64,000 nt of DNA from the NCBI GenBank assembly GCA_947630235.1, contig CANRGN010000006.1:2829-66828 (forward strand), read 5' to 3'. Below, piece after piece: positions 38,073 to 48,431 of the stretch. The notes under the pieces are model-generated. The model was not told the DNA's origin. It saw nothing but the letters and a program-made list of their open reading frames with translations, and searched no databases. Positions within the stretch are counted from its first letter, which is position 1. Every line of letters begins with the position of its first letter. The stretch is from an uncultured Clostridia bacterium. Its GTDB lineage: Bacteria; Bacillota; Clostridia; TANB77; CAG-508. The translations under genes were made by a program, and so were the position numbers.

Positions 38073-39500
38073 TTAACTTTCTAAAATTCTAGCCATCTGA
38101 ACTCCAGAACATGATGCCATCATAAGCCCTCTAGTCATTCCTCCGCCATCACCTATACAATATAAGTTCTTTATATTAGTTTCAAAATTAACATTTATTA
38201 AAACTTTATTACTATAAAATTTAATTTCAGGACCATATAACAAATTATCAGGATTTGCAAAACCTTCAACTACTTTATCTAAACCTCTGATAAATTCTAA
38301 TATATCTGTCATTGTTCTATATCCTAAAGCATAAGTAATGTCTCCAGGAACTGCAGATTTTAATGTAGGTTTTACAGAATTTCTAGCAAGTTCTTCTTCC
38401 CAAGTTCTTTTTCCTCTATAAATATCCCCAAGTCTTTGAACTACAACATTACCTGCTCCTAATTCATTTAAATTTTTTGCAACATTTCTACCATAATCAA
38501 TAGGCTTATTAAAAGGATATGTGAAATTATGTGAAACTAAAATTGCCAAATTTGTATTTGTACTCTTCTTTTCTTTATATGAATGACCATTAACTAAATT
38601 GATATTTTCATCATAAACTTCTGAAGAAACAAATCCACTAGGATTTTGGCAAAATGTTCTTACTTTATCTCTAAACAAACCTAATCTAGCAATAAATTTT
38701 CCTTCATACATATATTTATTTATATCCTTCATAACCTCATCAGGAAGTTCATATCTAACTCCTATATCTACACATCCTGTTCTAGTTTCTATTCCGTTTT
38801 TTTCACAAACATCAGATAGCCAATTTGCACCTTTTCTTCCAACTGCAAGTACTACATTTTCTGCATAAATTTCTGCAAGCTCAACTTCTTTTTCTAAATC
38901 CTTACTAGCCTTTATTTTTACACCTTTTATCTCATTGTTTTCTATTATTAAATCACAAACTGTAGTTTGAAACATTATTTCAATTCCATTATCCAGTAAA
39001 TATTTTTCTAAACGAGCATATAACTCATGACTTTTTTCTGTACCTAAATGCCTAATTGGTATATTGATTAAATTAATATCGGCTTTTTTCGCTTTATTAT
39101 AAATTTTTTTAACTTCTTCTTTATACTCTGTGCCTTCAATTTTAGGATCTGCACCAAAATCTAAATAAACTTTATCGGTATAGTCAATAAGCCTTTTGGT
39201 TTTTTCTATACCTATATATTTATGCAAGTCTCCTCCAACATAAATATCGTCATCTTCTTCATTATATAATGAAAGTTTACCATCAGAAAAAGCTCCTGCA
39301 CCAGAAAAACCAGTAGTAATATCACAAGTAGGTTTACATTTTACACATTTTCCTATTTTTTCTATAGGACAAATTCTTTCTTCTACTTTTTTTCCTTGTT
39401 CTATAATTAAAACCTTTTTCTTAGAACCAAGCTTAATAAGCTCATATCCTAAAAAAACAGAACTAGGTCCACTACCTACAACAATTAAATCATATTTCAT
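38073..39500 (-). CDS. FAD-dependent oxidoreductase (COG2509-like)
   Basis: Dinucleotide fold DLIVVGSGPSSVF...IIEQG and a C-terminal GDGGG motif. Start at MKYDL with RBS aaaggaga. Confidence 0.8.
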   Translation of the reverse strand: MKYDLIVVGSGPSSVFLGYELIKLGSKKKVLIIEQGKKVEERICPIEKIGKCVKCKPTCDITTGFSGAGAFSDGKLSLYNEEDDDIYVGGDLHKYIGIEKTKRLIDYTDKVYLDFGADPKIEGTEYKEEVKKIYNKAKKADINLINIPIRHLGTEKSHELYARLEKYLLDNGIEIMFQTTVCDLIIENNEIKGVKIKASKDLEKEVELAEIYAENVVLAVGRKGANWLSDVCEKNGIETRTGCVDIGVRYELPDEVMKDINKYMYEGKFIARLGLFRDKVRTFCQNPSGFVSSEVYDENINLVNGHSYKEKKSTNTNLAILVSHNFTYPFNKPIDYGRNVAKNLNELGAGNVVVQRLGDIYRGKRTWEEELARNSVKPTLKSAVPGDITYALGYRTMTDILEFIRGLDKVVEGFANPDNLLYGPEIKFYSNKVLINVNFETNIKNLYCIGDGGGMTRGLMMASCSGVQMARILES

Positions 39501-39685
39501 AAACACACTCTCCTTTATACACATTTAGCATTATCAATATATCACTATAATATTAAAAAAGCAATTAAAAATTACTATAAAAATTTGAACCAGAACGACG
39601 GAACCTTACCTTTGATTATTATTGACTTTTGTCGAAAAAAGTTATATTATGTTGCTGTAAACTTATAAAAAATGGAGGAATTTTT

Positions 39686-40114
39686 ATGTTTAAGGGTTTT
39701 ATTAAAGAATTCAAAGAATTTGCATTACAAGGAAATGTTTTTGATTTAGCTGTTGGTGTTTTAATTGGTGGAGCTTTTCAAAATATTGTAAAATCACTTA
39801 CAGATAATATCATCTCTCCAATTTTGGGAATGTTTGGAGAATTAGATTTTTCAGATTTAGTTTTAAAAGTTGGAAATCTTAATTTAAAATATGGAGCATT
39901 TATTACAGATGTTATTAATTTCTTAATAATGGCATTTATAATCTTCTTAATTATGAAAGGTATAAATAAACTAAATTCAGTTGGCAAAAAAGAAGAAGAT
40001 AAAAAAGAAGAGCCTACAACTAAGCAATGTCCTTATTGTTTTAGTGTTATAGATTTAAAAGCTACAAAATGCCCTCATTGTACATCAGATATAAAATTAG
40101 ATATAAAAATTTAA
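39686..40114 (+). CDS. mscL: Large-conductance mechanosensitive channel with a C-terminal CxxC...CxxC extension
   Basis: MFKGFIKEFKEFALQGNVFDLAVGVLIGGAF is canonical MscL. RBS ggagg. The tail is KQCPYCFSVIDLKATKCPHCTS. This is the only plus-strand gene in the window. Confidence 0.9.
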   Translation: MFKGFIKEFKEFALQGNVFDLAVGVLIGGAFQNIVKSLTDNIISPILGMFGELDFSDLVLKVGNLNLKYGAFITDVINFLIMAFIIFLIMKGINKLNSVGKKEEDKKEEPTTKQCPYCFSVIDLKATKCPHCTSDIKLDIKI

Positions 40115-40122
40115 TAATTGTT

Positions 40123-40156
40123 AGTGCCCACAATTTTATCAAAAATTGTGGGCACT
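40123..40156 (+). terminator. Intrinsic terminator of mscL
   Basis: AGTGCCCACAATTTT...AAAATTGTGGGCACT followed by attttt. Confidence 0.85.
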
Positions 40157-40170
40157 ATTTTTACTTAAGC

Positions 40171-41349
40171 CTATCTACATATAGCTTCTTTAAAACTCTT
40201 TCCATATTTTGTTTTCTCAAATCCATATATATCTAAAATAGTAGAAGATATATCAGCATAAGTATCTCTTATTCCTATATCATTATTTTCTTTTATATTT
40301 TTTCCATATATAAGAAGTGGTATATACTCTCTAGAATGATCTGTACTAGGTGTAGTAGGATCACATCCATGATCAGCTGTTATGAAAAGAATATCTTCAT
40401 CTTTCATATTTTGCATAATTTCTGGTAATTTTGAATCAAATTCCTCTAATGCTTTAGCATATCCTTCTACATTATTTCTATGACCATAAAGCATATCAAA
40501 ATCAACTAAATTTATAAAAATTAAATCTTCATCTGAATTTTTTATAGCTTCAATAGATTTTTCTATTCCATCTGTATTTCCATTTGTATGAATTGATCTA
40601 GTTATCCCTCTACCAGAAAATAAATCTTCTATTTTACCTATTGCTAAAACTTTTTTACCATTTTCACTGAAAATATCTAACATTGTTCTTCCAAAAGATT
40701 GTGATTCATAATCTTTTCTTCCATATGTTCTTACAAAATTTTCAGAATTATCTCCAATAAATGGTCTAGCAATAACTGTACCTATATTATAATTTTTCTC
40801 ATCAATTACACTTCTTGCAATTTCACATATTGAATATAACTTATTTATAGGAATTATATCTTCATGAGCTGCTATTTGAAAAACACTATCAGCAGAAGTA
40901 TATACTATAGGCATACCAGTTTTCATAGATTCCTCACCATATTGTTTTAAAAAATCTGTTCCAGAACCCTTTTTATTACATATAAATCCAGGAATTTCAG
41001 CCTTTAAAATTATTTCATCTAATAATTCTTTTGGAAAGCCATTGTAATATGTTGAAAAAGGATTTTCTGTAACATAACCAGAAATTTCCCAATGTCCAAC
41101 TGGGCTATTTTTACCTTTACTTTTTTCTGCAAGTTTACAATAAGATCCAAGTGTATACTCTTCTTTATCATTAATTCCTATACCTCGAATATTATATAAC
41201 CCTAATTTTTTCATATTTGGCAAATTAGGTTTTGCTTGATTATAAATACCTCTTAGAGTATTGCTTCCTTCATCTCCATATTCACTTGCATCAGGTAATT
41301 CACCACAACCAAAACTATCTAAAACAATTATAATTGTTCTTTTTTTCAT
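40171..41349 (-). CDS. deoB: Phosphopentomutase
   Basis: LDSFGCGELPDA N-terminus and the TADHGCDPT metal site. Confidence 0.95.
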   Translation of the reverse strand: MKKRTIIIVLDSFGCGELPDASEYGDEGSNTLRGIYNQAKPNLPNMKKLGLYNIRGIGINDKEEYTLGSYCKLAEKSKGKNSPVGHWEISGYVTENPFSTYYNGFPKELLDEIILKAEIPGFICNKKGSGTDFLKQYGEESMKTGMPIVYTSADSVFQIAAHEDIIPINKLYSICEIARSVIDEKNYNIGTVIARPFIGDNSENFVRTYGRKDYESQSFGRTMLDIFSENGKKVLAIGKIEDLFSGRGITRSIHTNGNTDGIEKSIEAIKNSDEDLIFINLVDFDMLYGHRNNVEGYAKALEEFDSKLPEIMQNMKDEDILFITADHGCDPTTPSTDHSREYIPLLIYGKNIKENNDIGIRDTYADISSTILDIYGFEKTKYGKSFKEAICR

Positions 41350-41361
41350 AAACCCCTCCTA

Positions 41362-43701
41362 TTATGATTTTAGTTCAACATTATATTCATATACAAATAT
41401 ATCTTTGGATTTAGGAAAAATCAAATTATTACTTTCCCTAAAATAATTATTTGTTCTAAATTTTGTTTTATTAACTAAATTAAAATTAAATCTTTTATTA
41501 TCGAATAAAACTTTACTAGATAAATCCATTCCTTCTGGAAGCGTTTTGTTAACATTATCATAAAATACAATATTAGTATAATAAATAAGTGGCATTCCTT
41601 CTTTTAAATTAATTTTTATTAAATTTAATGCGCCTTCTCCTCTATCTTCATAATCTTCCAATTCTTTTTCAAGATTTATATTATATATATCAAATGAATT
41701 TTCCTTAATTTGCTCTGATATTGTAACAATTTTATATAAACTCATATCATATTCTGATTTCATTTTAGGAATTGCACCATCTATAAAATTAACTATGCTA
41801 TGAAGTTTTTCTGTAAAATCGAATATATCTATTTTTTTATTTACATTTAATATTTTATATTTATTTCTTTCGTTTTCTCTATGAGTTTTATTACCAATAT
41901 ATTTTATTTTTCTACTATCATCATCAATATTTCCAAAAATATCAAAAGTATCTGCATCTATATATAATCTATTATTATCAAATTCTTTTTTTAAACTATC
42001 TAAAGAATTTTTTATTTCATTTTGGTCCATTTCGCCTGATTTTATCATATTTAAAATATTAAGTATATTGCTGTTTGCAACAAAAATACTATCTAATTCT
42101 TCTCTAGATAATTTTTTTCTTTGAATTCTATCAACTTTTTGACCTAAATCTTCAAAATCACTTTCAATATCAAAAGTTCTTTGAATATTTTTACTATCTT
42201 TTATATTTTTACTATCATCTCCCATTTCTAATGCAAGATTTTCATCTTTATTAGCAAACTTCCAAAATTCAAAAATGCTTCTTTTATGTTTATCAATCTC
42301 TTCAATATATAATTTTGCATTTTCAACTTTTTTTGAAATATTTTCAAATTTATTTTTCATAGCTTTTATATCTTGTTCTAAATTTTTAAAATGCTTTTCA
42401 CCTTTTTCAAATAAACTATAAATTGTAACTAAATCTTCTATTGTTTTTAAATCTGTTTCTGCTAAAAATTCTTTTTGAGGAACTAAATCAATTTTTTCTA
42501 TTTTTATTATTTCTTCATCCTCTTTTATTTGTTCTTCTATACTCTTTTTTTTCTTTTTGCTAGATTTTGCAGAACCTTTAAAAAAGTATTTTACTTTTCC
42601 AAAAAAAGTTTTTCTATATTCAAGATAAGTAGATATTTCTTTTTGTAATTCAAAATATTCTTTTTCTTTATTTTTTGTATCCTTTTTTAATTGAATAAGT
42701 TCTTCTTCAAATTTTTCGATATTTTCATTTTGAACTTTTATTTCTTCTTCAGCAATAGTATATTGATTTTTTATAAATTCTGTTAAAGAATCATATGTTA
42801 TTTTTATCATTCCATAATATAATTCTAAACCATTTTTACTATCTATTTTAGTTTTAAATTGAAATTCATCCTTAATCTCTGTTTGTAAAATGAATAATGC
42901 TTTTAATAATTTATAAAATTTAATCGCTTCTTCTGAATTTATAAGTTTTATTTTATAAGTGCTTTTTACTTGTTCATATACAAATGTTTCTCCAACAATT
43001 TGAATACTCATCTTATCATCTTTATCAAACACTTCATATACAGAAGCCCAATTTTTAGTAAATAACCATAAATAATTTTCTATATCAGCAATCTCGTTTC
43101 TAGTTAAAAAATTTTCTGAATAATTTATATAATTAATTGGAACAAAAATTTTTGGTACTTCTTTTTGTTCTAAACTATAAAATTCTAATTTTCGTTTAAG
43201 TAAATAAAAGAATTCTGCAAATGTTTCTTCTTTTGTACAAACTAACATAAAATATTTATCTGTGCTATCAGAATAATAAATTTGCCATAAATGATCTTTG
43301 CTATATTTTACTCTAAAAGGTTCTGATAACCTTGCCATTTCATTCTGAGTAATATTTATAGTTTCAACCTCCGGAATAGAAAAATTTTTTAATAATTTTA
43401 ATAAAGTAGTATATCTTTCAAGTCCTTCTTCAGAATCTTCTGGATTTAAATATTGTTTTAATGGAAGTGATTTAGAATATTTTTGACTAACTGAATCTCC
43501 TCTTAAGCAAGGTGTTAATAAAATTTCTATTTTATCTATTGGTACAAATTTAAATACTCTATGAGCTTTATCATTATTTAATCTAGATGTTGCAAAATTT
43601 AAAGGTTGATAATCTAAAATTTGCTCTGGTATATTATCTAAATCCAAATTTAAATATTTAAGTTTTTCTATTACTTCTCCTTTTTCAGTAGCCTTATCCA
43701 A
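41362..43701 (-). CDS. Large hypothetical protein (779 aa) with a central coiled-coil
   Basis: Long ORF with no TM segment or signal peptide. A K/E-rich heptad-like middle (residues about 300-470) separates two globular ends. No catalytic motif recognised. Confidence 0.65.
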   Translation of the reverse strand: MDKATEKGEVIEKLKYLNLDLDNIPEQILDYQPLNFATSRLNNDKAHRVFKFVPIDKIEILLTPCLRGDSVSQKYSKSLPLKQYLNPEDSEEGLERYTTLLKLLKNFSIPEVETINITQNEMARLSEPFRVKYSKDHLWQIYYSDSTDKYFMLVCTKEETFAEFFYLLKRKLEFYSLEQKEVPKIFVPINYINYSENFLTRNEIADIENYLWLFTKNWASVYEVFDKDDKMSIQIVGETFVYEQVKSTYKIKLINSEEAIKFYKLLKALFILQTEIKDEFQFKTKIDSKNGLELYYGMIKITYDSLTEFIKNQYTIAEEEIKVQNENIEKFEEELIQLKKDTKNKEKEYFELQKEISTYLEYRKTFFGKVKYFFKGSAKSSKKKKKSIEEQIKEDEEIIKIEKIDLVPQKEFLAETDLKTIEDLVTIYSLFEKGEKHFKNLEQDIKAMKNKFENISKKVENAKLYIEEIDKHKRSIFEFWKFANKDENLALEMGDDSKNIKDSKNIQRTFDIESDFEDLGQKVDRIQRKKLSREELDSIFVANSNILNILNMIKSGEMDQNEIKNSLDSLKKEFDNNRLYIDADTFDIFGNIDDDSRKIKYIGNKTHRENERNKYKILNVNKKIDIFDFTEKLHSIVNFIDGAIPKMKSEYDMSLYKIVTISEQIKENSFDIYNINLEKELEDYEDRGEGALNLIKINLKEGMPLIYYTNIVFYDNVNKTLPEGMDLSSKVLFDNKRFNFNLVNKTKFRTNNYFRESNNLIFPKSKDIFVYEYNVELKS

Positions 43702-43794
43702 TTGAAAAAATCCCCCTTGCTAAATGTTTAAATTAGTATATCATAAGAATTTTTTTTAATCAATTATTTAACATAAATTTAATGTTATAAAATT

Positions 43795-46041
43795 TTAACT
43801 TGCTAAAACATTATCTTGTAACATATTGCTTATTGTTCCAATATAATTAATATCTAAATTACTCATTGCTCTAGTCATTGCAACATATAAAAGTTTTATA
43901 TCTAATATATCTTCTGCCTTATATTTTTCATCATTTACATTATATAAAATAACCGCATCAAATTCTAAACCTTTTGATAAATATGAAGGAACAATTGAAA
44001 TACCAGCATGATATTCCGAATCCTTGCTTTTTATTATGGTAACATTCTTTACTAATTTAGAAAGTTTGCTTTTTATTTTTTTACATTCTTCAAAATCTTT
44101 ACCAATTATTGCAATAGATTTATAATTGCATTTTCTATAAAATTCTAACCTTTCAATAATTTTATTTATAATTTCATTTTCATTTTTATGCTTATATACA
44201 TTTATAGAATTTTCTCCATGTATAACTGGTTTTCCTTTTACTATAGTTTTTCTTTCATATTCAGGAAGTAAATCTAAAATCTTATTTGCTATTTCCATAA
44301 TTTCAGATGTTGTTCTATAAGTTTTATCTAATGTTATATATGTAGCTCCTTTTTCTGGAAATTCAACATCTATAAATCTTTGCCAATTTTCTATTCCTCT
44401 ATAAGAATGTACTCCCTGAGCAATATCTCCTAAAATTGTCATTGAATTACTATCTAGTATTGTTTTTAATGTGCTAAATTGAAATTCACCATAATCTTGT
44501 GCTTCATCTATAATTACATGTTTTAATTTAGCTTTAAATTTAGCACCATAAATTTTATAATGTATATATACAATTGGAGCTAAATCTTCAAATGTTACTT
44601 CACCTTTTTTTATATTTTCTAATGTATTTCTAACCATATATTCAGCAATTTCTTGGGTTTCTATCTTATCATAAACAAAATTTGTAATAAAATCTTCATA
44701 ATATTGTAAAGCAGATTTTTCTTCTATTTCTTTAAAATAAAAATCCATTATTCTCATATCATCTTTTTCTAATAATTTAAGCACCTTCTCATATTCTTCA
44801 AAAATTTCTATTCTTTTTTGCATAATTTCTTCTTTTGGTAAATCCTCTTTTTCTAATTTTTTAATTCTTGCTGTTCTTTTTAATTTTATTATTTCTTCTA
44901 TAGACATTTTATTATTTTTTATTCTTGAAAAAATGTGCTTTTTTATCTCTTCAATTCTTCTTTTAAAAGTTAAATTTTTATATGTATTTATAAAAAGATT
45001 CAATATTTTATCATAACTCATAACTCTAACATTATGTAATATAAAATCTTTTTTAGGTAAATACTCTAATTCTAATTTATTTAAATACTCATCTACAATA
45101 TTTTTAAAATCAATTGAAGATTTTATTTTTGATTCTTTAATTATTACATCAACATTACCTTTATTTATATCATCAAAAGCTTTATTAACTATAATAACTA
45201 ATTTTTCGTTACTATCTGATATTTTTAATTTTTTTCCAATAACTTCATAAGCAAAATCTTCAAATGTATATTGTTTAACATTTTCAACGCCCAAATCTGG
45301 TAAAACATTTGATATATAATTTAAGAAAAATTTATTAGGAGCAATAATCATAAAACTATCAGGAGAGAAATCTTTTCCGTAAGTATATATTAAATATGCT
45401 GCTCTGTGAAGAGCTATTGTTGTTTTACCACTACCAGCAACACCTTGAACAATTAGTGGCTTATTTATATCAGCTCTAATTATTCTGTTTTGCTCTTCTT
45501 GAATTGTAGCAACAATATTTTTTAACCTACTATCAGCATTTTCTGATAAAGCTTCTTGCAATAACTCATCAGTTCCTTGCTTATCTACATCAATATATTT
45601 TTGTAAAATACAATTTTCTATAAAATATTGTCTTTTCAATGAAACTATACAACTAATATTATTATTCTCAACTTGATAACTAGTATTTCCAATTGTTCCA
45701 TCATAATATAAATTAGATATAGGAGCTCTCCAATCTATTATTATAGGCTCTTTAGAATTACTATCAATAACAGAAATTTTTCCTATATAAAGCTTTTCTA
45801 CATTTGTTGCATCATCTTCTTTTATATCAATTCTTGCAAAATATGGTTTATCTTTTATATTTTCAATATCTAATATTTTTTTATAACCAGAATATATAAT
45901 TTGTTCTTTGACAAAATCATTTTTTCCCATATTTTGCTCTGTTTGAGAAATTCTATTTTGTAATTCATTTTTTTCACTTATAAGCTTTTCAGAAATTTCT
46001 TTTAATTTTCTTTTTTCATTTTCAAATTCGTCTTCCTTCAT
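43795..46041 (-). CDS. helD: HelD-type (helicase IV-like) UvrD superfamily ATPase, RNA polymerase recycling factor
   Basis: N-terminal coiled-coil followed by PYFARIDI...YIGK...IIDWRAPISNLYY, the HelD signature. Walker A GVAGSGKTT. C-terminal UvrD-like domain. Confidence 0.85.
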   Translation of the reverse strand: MKEDEFENEKRKLKEISEKLISEKNELQNRISQTEQNMGKNDFVKEQIIYSGYKKILDIENIKDKPYFARIDIKEDDATNVEKLYIGKISVIDSNSKEPIIIDWRAPISNLYYDGTIGNTSYQVENNNISCIVSLKRQYFIENCILQKYIDVDKQGTDELLQEALSENADSRLKNIVATIQEEQNRIIRADINKPLIVQGVAGSGKTTIALHRAAYLIYTYGKDFSPDSFMIIAPNKFFLNYISNVLPDLGVENVKQYTFEDFAYEVIGKKLKISDSNEKLVIIVNKAFDDINKGNVDVIIKESKIKSSIDFKNIVDEYLNKLELEYLPKKDFILHNVRVMSYDKILNLFINTYKNLTFKRRIEEIKKHIFSRIKNNKMSIEEIIKLKRTARIKKLEKEDLPKEEIMQKRIEIFEEYEKVLKLLEKDDMRIMDFYFKEIEEKSALQYYEDFITNFVYDKIETQEIAEYMVRNTLENIKKGEVTFEDLAPIVYIHYKIYGAKFKAKLKHVIIDEAQDYGEFQFSTLKTILDSNSMTILGDIAQGVHSYRGIENWQRFIDVEFPEKGATYITLDKTYRTTSEIMEIANKILDLLPEYERKTIVKGKPVIHGENSINVYKHKNENEIINKIIERLEFYRKCNYKSIAIIGKDFEECKKIKSKLSKLVKNVTIIKSKDSEYHAGISIVPSYLSKGLEFDAVILYNVNDEKYKAEDILDIKLLYVAMTRAMSNLDINYIGTISNMLQDNVLAS

Positions 46042-46086
46042 TTTCCCTCCTTTTTACATGAGTAAAAGGATGAACCAATCATCCTT

Positions 46087-47106
46087 TTATTTCATAAAAT
46101 CTTCTTTAAAAATGCTTAAATCTATATTTTCTTTTATTACATGATCCACTCCATTTTCAGTAAATTGCCAACCTACCATTTGCTTCATAATTTTTTTGTT
46201 TTGTGTAGCAGGTTGATCAGTTTTACTATACCAATAATCCGGTATAAAATTTTCTTGAGGATAATAAGCCAGCCAAAGATCTGAATTTAAAGAACTTAAA
46301 TATGTATTACAAGTATTTGCATTACTATATAATAAAGTTTTATATCCTGCTTGCTCTACCTTTTTTATTAATTTAGAAACTAAATTTACTCTTTTATCCC
46401 ATATATCATCACAACGTCCATTCCCTTCATGTTCTTCAACATCTAATACTACAGGTAAACTTAAAAGTTTAGATTTATTTTTTCTCATAAAATCATCTAT
46501 AAACTCTACTTCAGATATTATTTCAGAATTATTTAATGCCTCATCTAAAAAATAATAACCATATTCTATTCCTAAATATTCACAAGCATTTTTAAAATCT
46601 TTATATTTTTTATCTGTATAAAAATTTCCTTTTTCTCCATAACCTCTACCACCAGCTCTTATATATACATATGAAATATTATATTTTAATAAAAACGCTT
46701 CTACATCATTTTTATTTTTAAAAACATCTTTAAAATTATGTTCGGAAAAATCAGCAACAATTGTTTTTTCAATATTATCTTTACAAAAATAATCTATATT
46801 TTTAGATAAAACAAACCCTTTTTTTCCATTAACTTTAACCTTTTTCCATTCTATGTTTTCTTCAACAATAGAATCTATAATTTTTACTTCTGTATTTTTA
46901 TAAATATTATCCTTAATTATCTTTTCACTTTCAATTGGTTTTGAATACAATTTTACATCATCTTTTAAAACCAGTGCATTTATTCCAGGTTCATCTTTAG
47001 AAAGAATTACAATTAAAACTATAATAAATATAATTAGTAAAAAAACACATACACAAGCTACAACTTTTTTTTTATTAATTATGTTTATCTTTTCCATATT
47101 CCTCAA
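46087..47106 (-). CDS. Membrane-anchored SH3-like plus GH25 muramidase
   Basis: N-terminal TM segment, SH3b-like WKKVKVNGKKGFVLSKNI, then GH25 motifs ADFSEHN, YVYIRAG, LDVEE and GWQFT. Confidence 0.8.
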   Translation of the reverse strand: MRNMEKINIINKKKVVACVCVFLLIIFIIVLIVILSKDEPGINALVLKDDVKLYSKPIESEKIIKDNIYKNTEVKIIDSIVEENIEWKKVKVNGKKGFVLSKNIDYFCKDNIEKTIVADFSEHNFKDVFKNKNDVEAFLLKYNISYVYIRAGGRGYGEKGNFYTDKKYKDFKNACEYLGIEYGYYFLDEALNNSEIISEVEFIDDFMRKNKSKLLSLPVVLDVEEHEGNGRCDDIWDKRVNLVSKLIKKVEQAGYKTLLYSNANTCNTYLSSLNSDLWLAYYPQENFIPDYWYSKTDQPATQNKKIMKQMVGWQFTENGVDHVIKENIDLSIFKEDFMK

Positions 47107-47117
47107 CTTTCCATATA

Positions 47118-48005
47118 CTACATTATTAAAAATTCTATATTTTTATTTAAATTATTTATTTCTATTTTATTATAATATCCAGCATCCTCTCCATCAAGTG
47201 TCCATTCTATTTGTTCTTCTGAATCAATTTTTAAATTCGAATCTTGAGAAAAAATAATATTAGGATCTTTTGAATAATCTTTTAATATAATTGATTTTAA
47301 TATACCAAAATATCCAAAAAAATTCTTAGGTTTTTTAATTAATATTACCTCGAATTTACCATCATTTAAACTTATATCTTTTGGTTTAAACCATTTAAAG
47401 CCTCCAATTCTTAAAGAATTAGTTATACCACCATAAAGAAACTCATCTTCAATTACTTCATCATTAAATGTAATTTTTAATTTATATGGTTTTATTTTTC
47501 CTAGTTCTTTTATTCCAGTAATTATATATGCAAGCCATCCTAATTTTCTCTTTTTTTCTCTTTGAGTTTGATATGAAACTTCTGTAAAAGCACCAAAAGC
47601 AGCAACATAATTAAAATACTTATTATTAAACTTACCTGTATCTGTTTTTAAAGCTTTTGAATTTATTAAATTTCTAGCAATCATTACTCCATTTTTAGGC
47701 AAACCTAATGTATTTGCAAAATCATTTGTGGTTCCTGTAGGAATATATGCTATTGATACATTTTTCTTCCTCCTTGTTAAAGCTGAAGTAGCTTGATTAA
47801 GAGTTCCATCTCCACCACAAACTATTAATAAATCATATTCAGTTTTATAATTTTCTATTATTTTATCAGCTCCGAAATCCTTTTGAGTATATTTTATAGT
47901 AACATCAAATTCTTTATATTTAAGTTCCATAACTATAAAAGACAATTTTTTTTCAAAATTTCCTCGTCCAGATTCCAAATTAACAATCATAAGTGTTTTA
48001 TACAA
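47118..48005 (-). CDS. Diacylglycerol/lipid kinase family protein (DagK/YegS type)
   Basis: GGDGTLNQ motif. The start is uncertain: a TTG at 48005 has RBS agagga, the alternative ATG at 47990 has none, and the track ATG at 48065 also lacks an RBS. Confidence 0.85.
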   Translation of the reverse strand: MYKTLMIVNLESGRGNFEKKLSFIVMELKYKEFDVTIKYTQKDFGADKIIENYKTEYDLLIVCGGDGTLNQATSALTRRKKNVSIAYIPTGTTNDFANTLGLPKNGVMIARNLINSKALKTDTGKFNNKYFNYVAAFGAFTEVSYQTQREKKRKLGWLAYIITGIKELGKIKPYKLKITFNDEVIEDEFLYGGITNSLRIGGFKWFKPKDISLNDGKFEVILIKKPKNFFGYFGILKSIILKDYSKDPNIIFSQDSNLKIDSEEQIEWTLDGEDAGYYNKIEINNLNKNIEFLIM

Positions 48006-48135
48006 TTTTCCATCCTCTTTTACTAAAACTTTATATATCAAATTATGACGATAATATACTATCATAAAAAAATGTTGTTTTCAAGTAAAAAATATATACA
48101 TTTTTTAAAAATAATTACTAAAAAATCTGGCTCTA

Positions 48136-48278
48136 GAATAATAGTGAACATTTGCTTATGTCAAACTGTTAAAATATTTTGCAAAGTCCACGTTAAATTG
48201 TTCGTACGACAATTTTGACAAAAATTATGTACAATGTTTTTATTAAACATATCTACAAAATAACTTTCCCTCTAAAAA
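48136..48278. repeat. Dispersed intergenic element, copy B (long form)
   Basis: See copy A. It shares ttatgtcaaactgttaaaa, gcaaa.tccacgtt.aattgttcgt and aattttgacaaaaattatgt.caatg. Inner hairpin is AAATTGT-N7-ACAATTT. Confidence 0.65.
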
Positions 48279-48283
48279 AACAA

Positions 48284-48308
48284 AAAGCTAGCTTATTTGC
48301 TAGCTTTA
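48284..48308 (-). terminator. Terminator hairpin downstream of thrS
   Basis: AAAGCTAGC ttattt GCTAGCTTT followed by tttttg on the minus strand. Confidence 0.65.
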
Positions 48309-48431
48309 ACTAGTTAACGATACTTATTATACGAAAAACGAGATTATTTAAAATTTATAAATCTCAACTGCTAGATTTATATTAACATAATAAAATATAT
48401 TGCAATAGTTTATCAAATAATTGTAAAAGAT

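Noticed and set aside
41362-46041. UvrD-like helicase plus large partner, considered as a Gabija- or Hachiman-type defence system
   Set aside because: The helicase carries the specific HelD N-terminal signature rather than a GajB- or HamB-like layout. The partner shows no OLD/TOPRIM ATPase, nuclease or DUF1837-like motif that I can see. It is kept only as an uncharacterised HelD-associated candidate.
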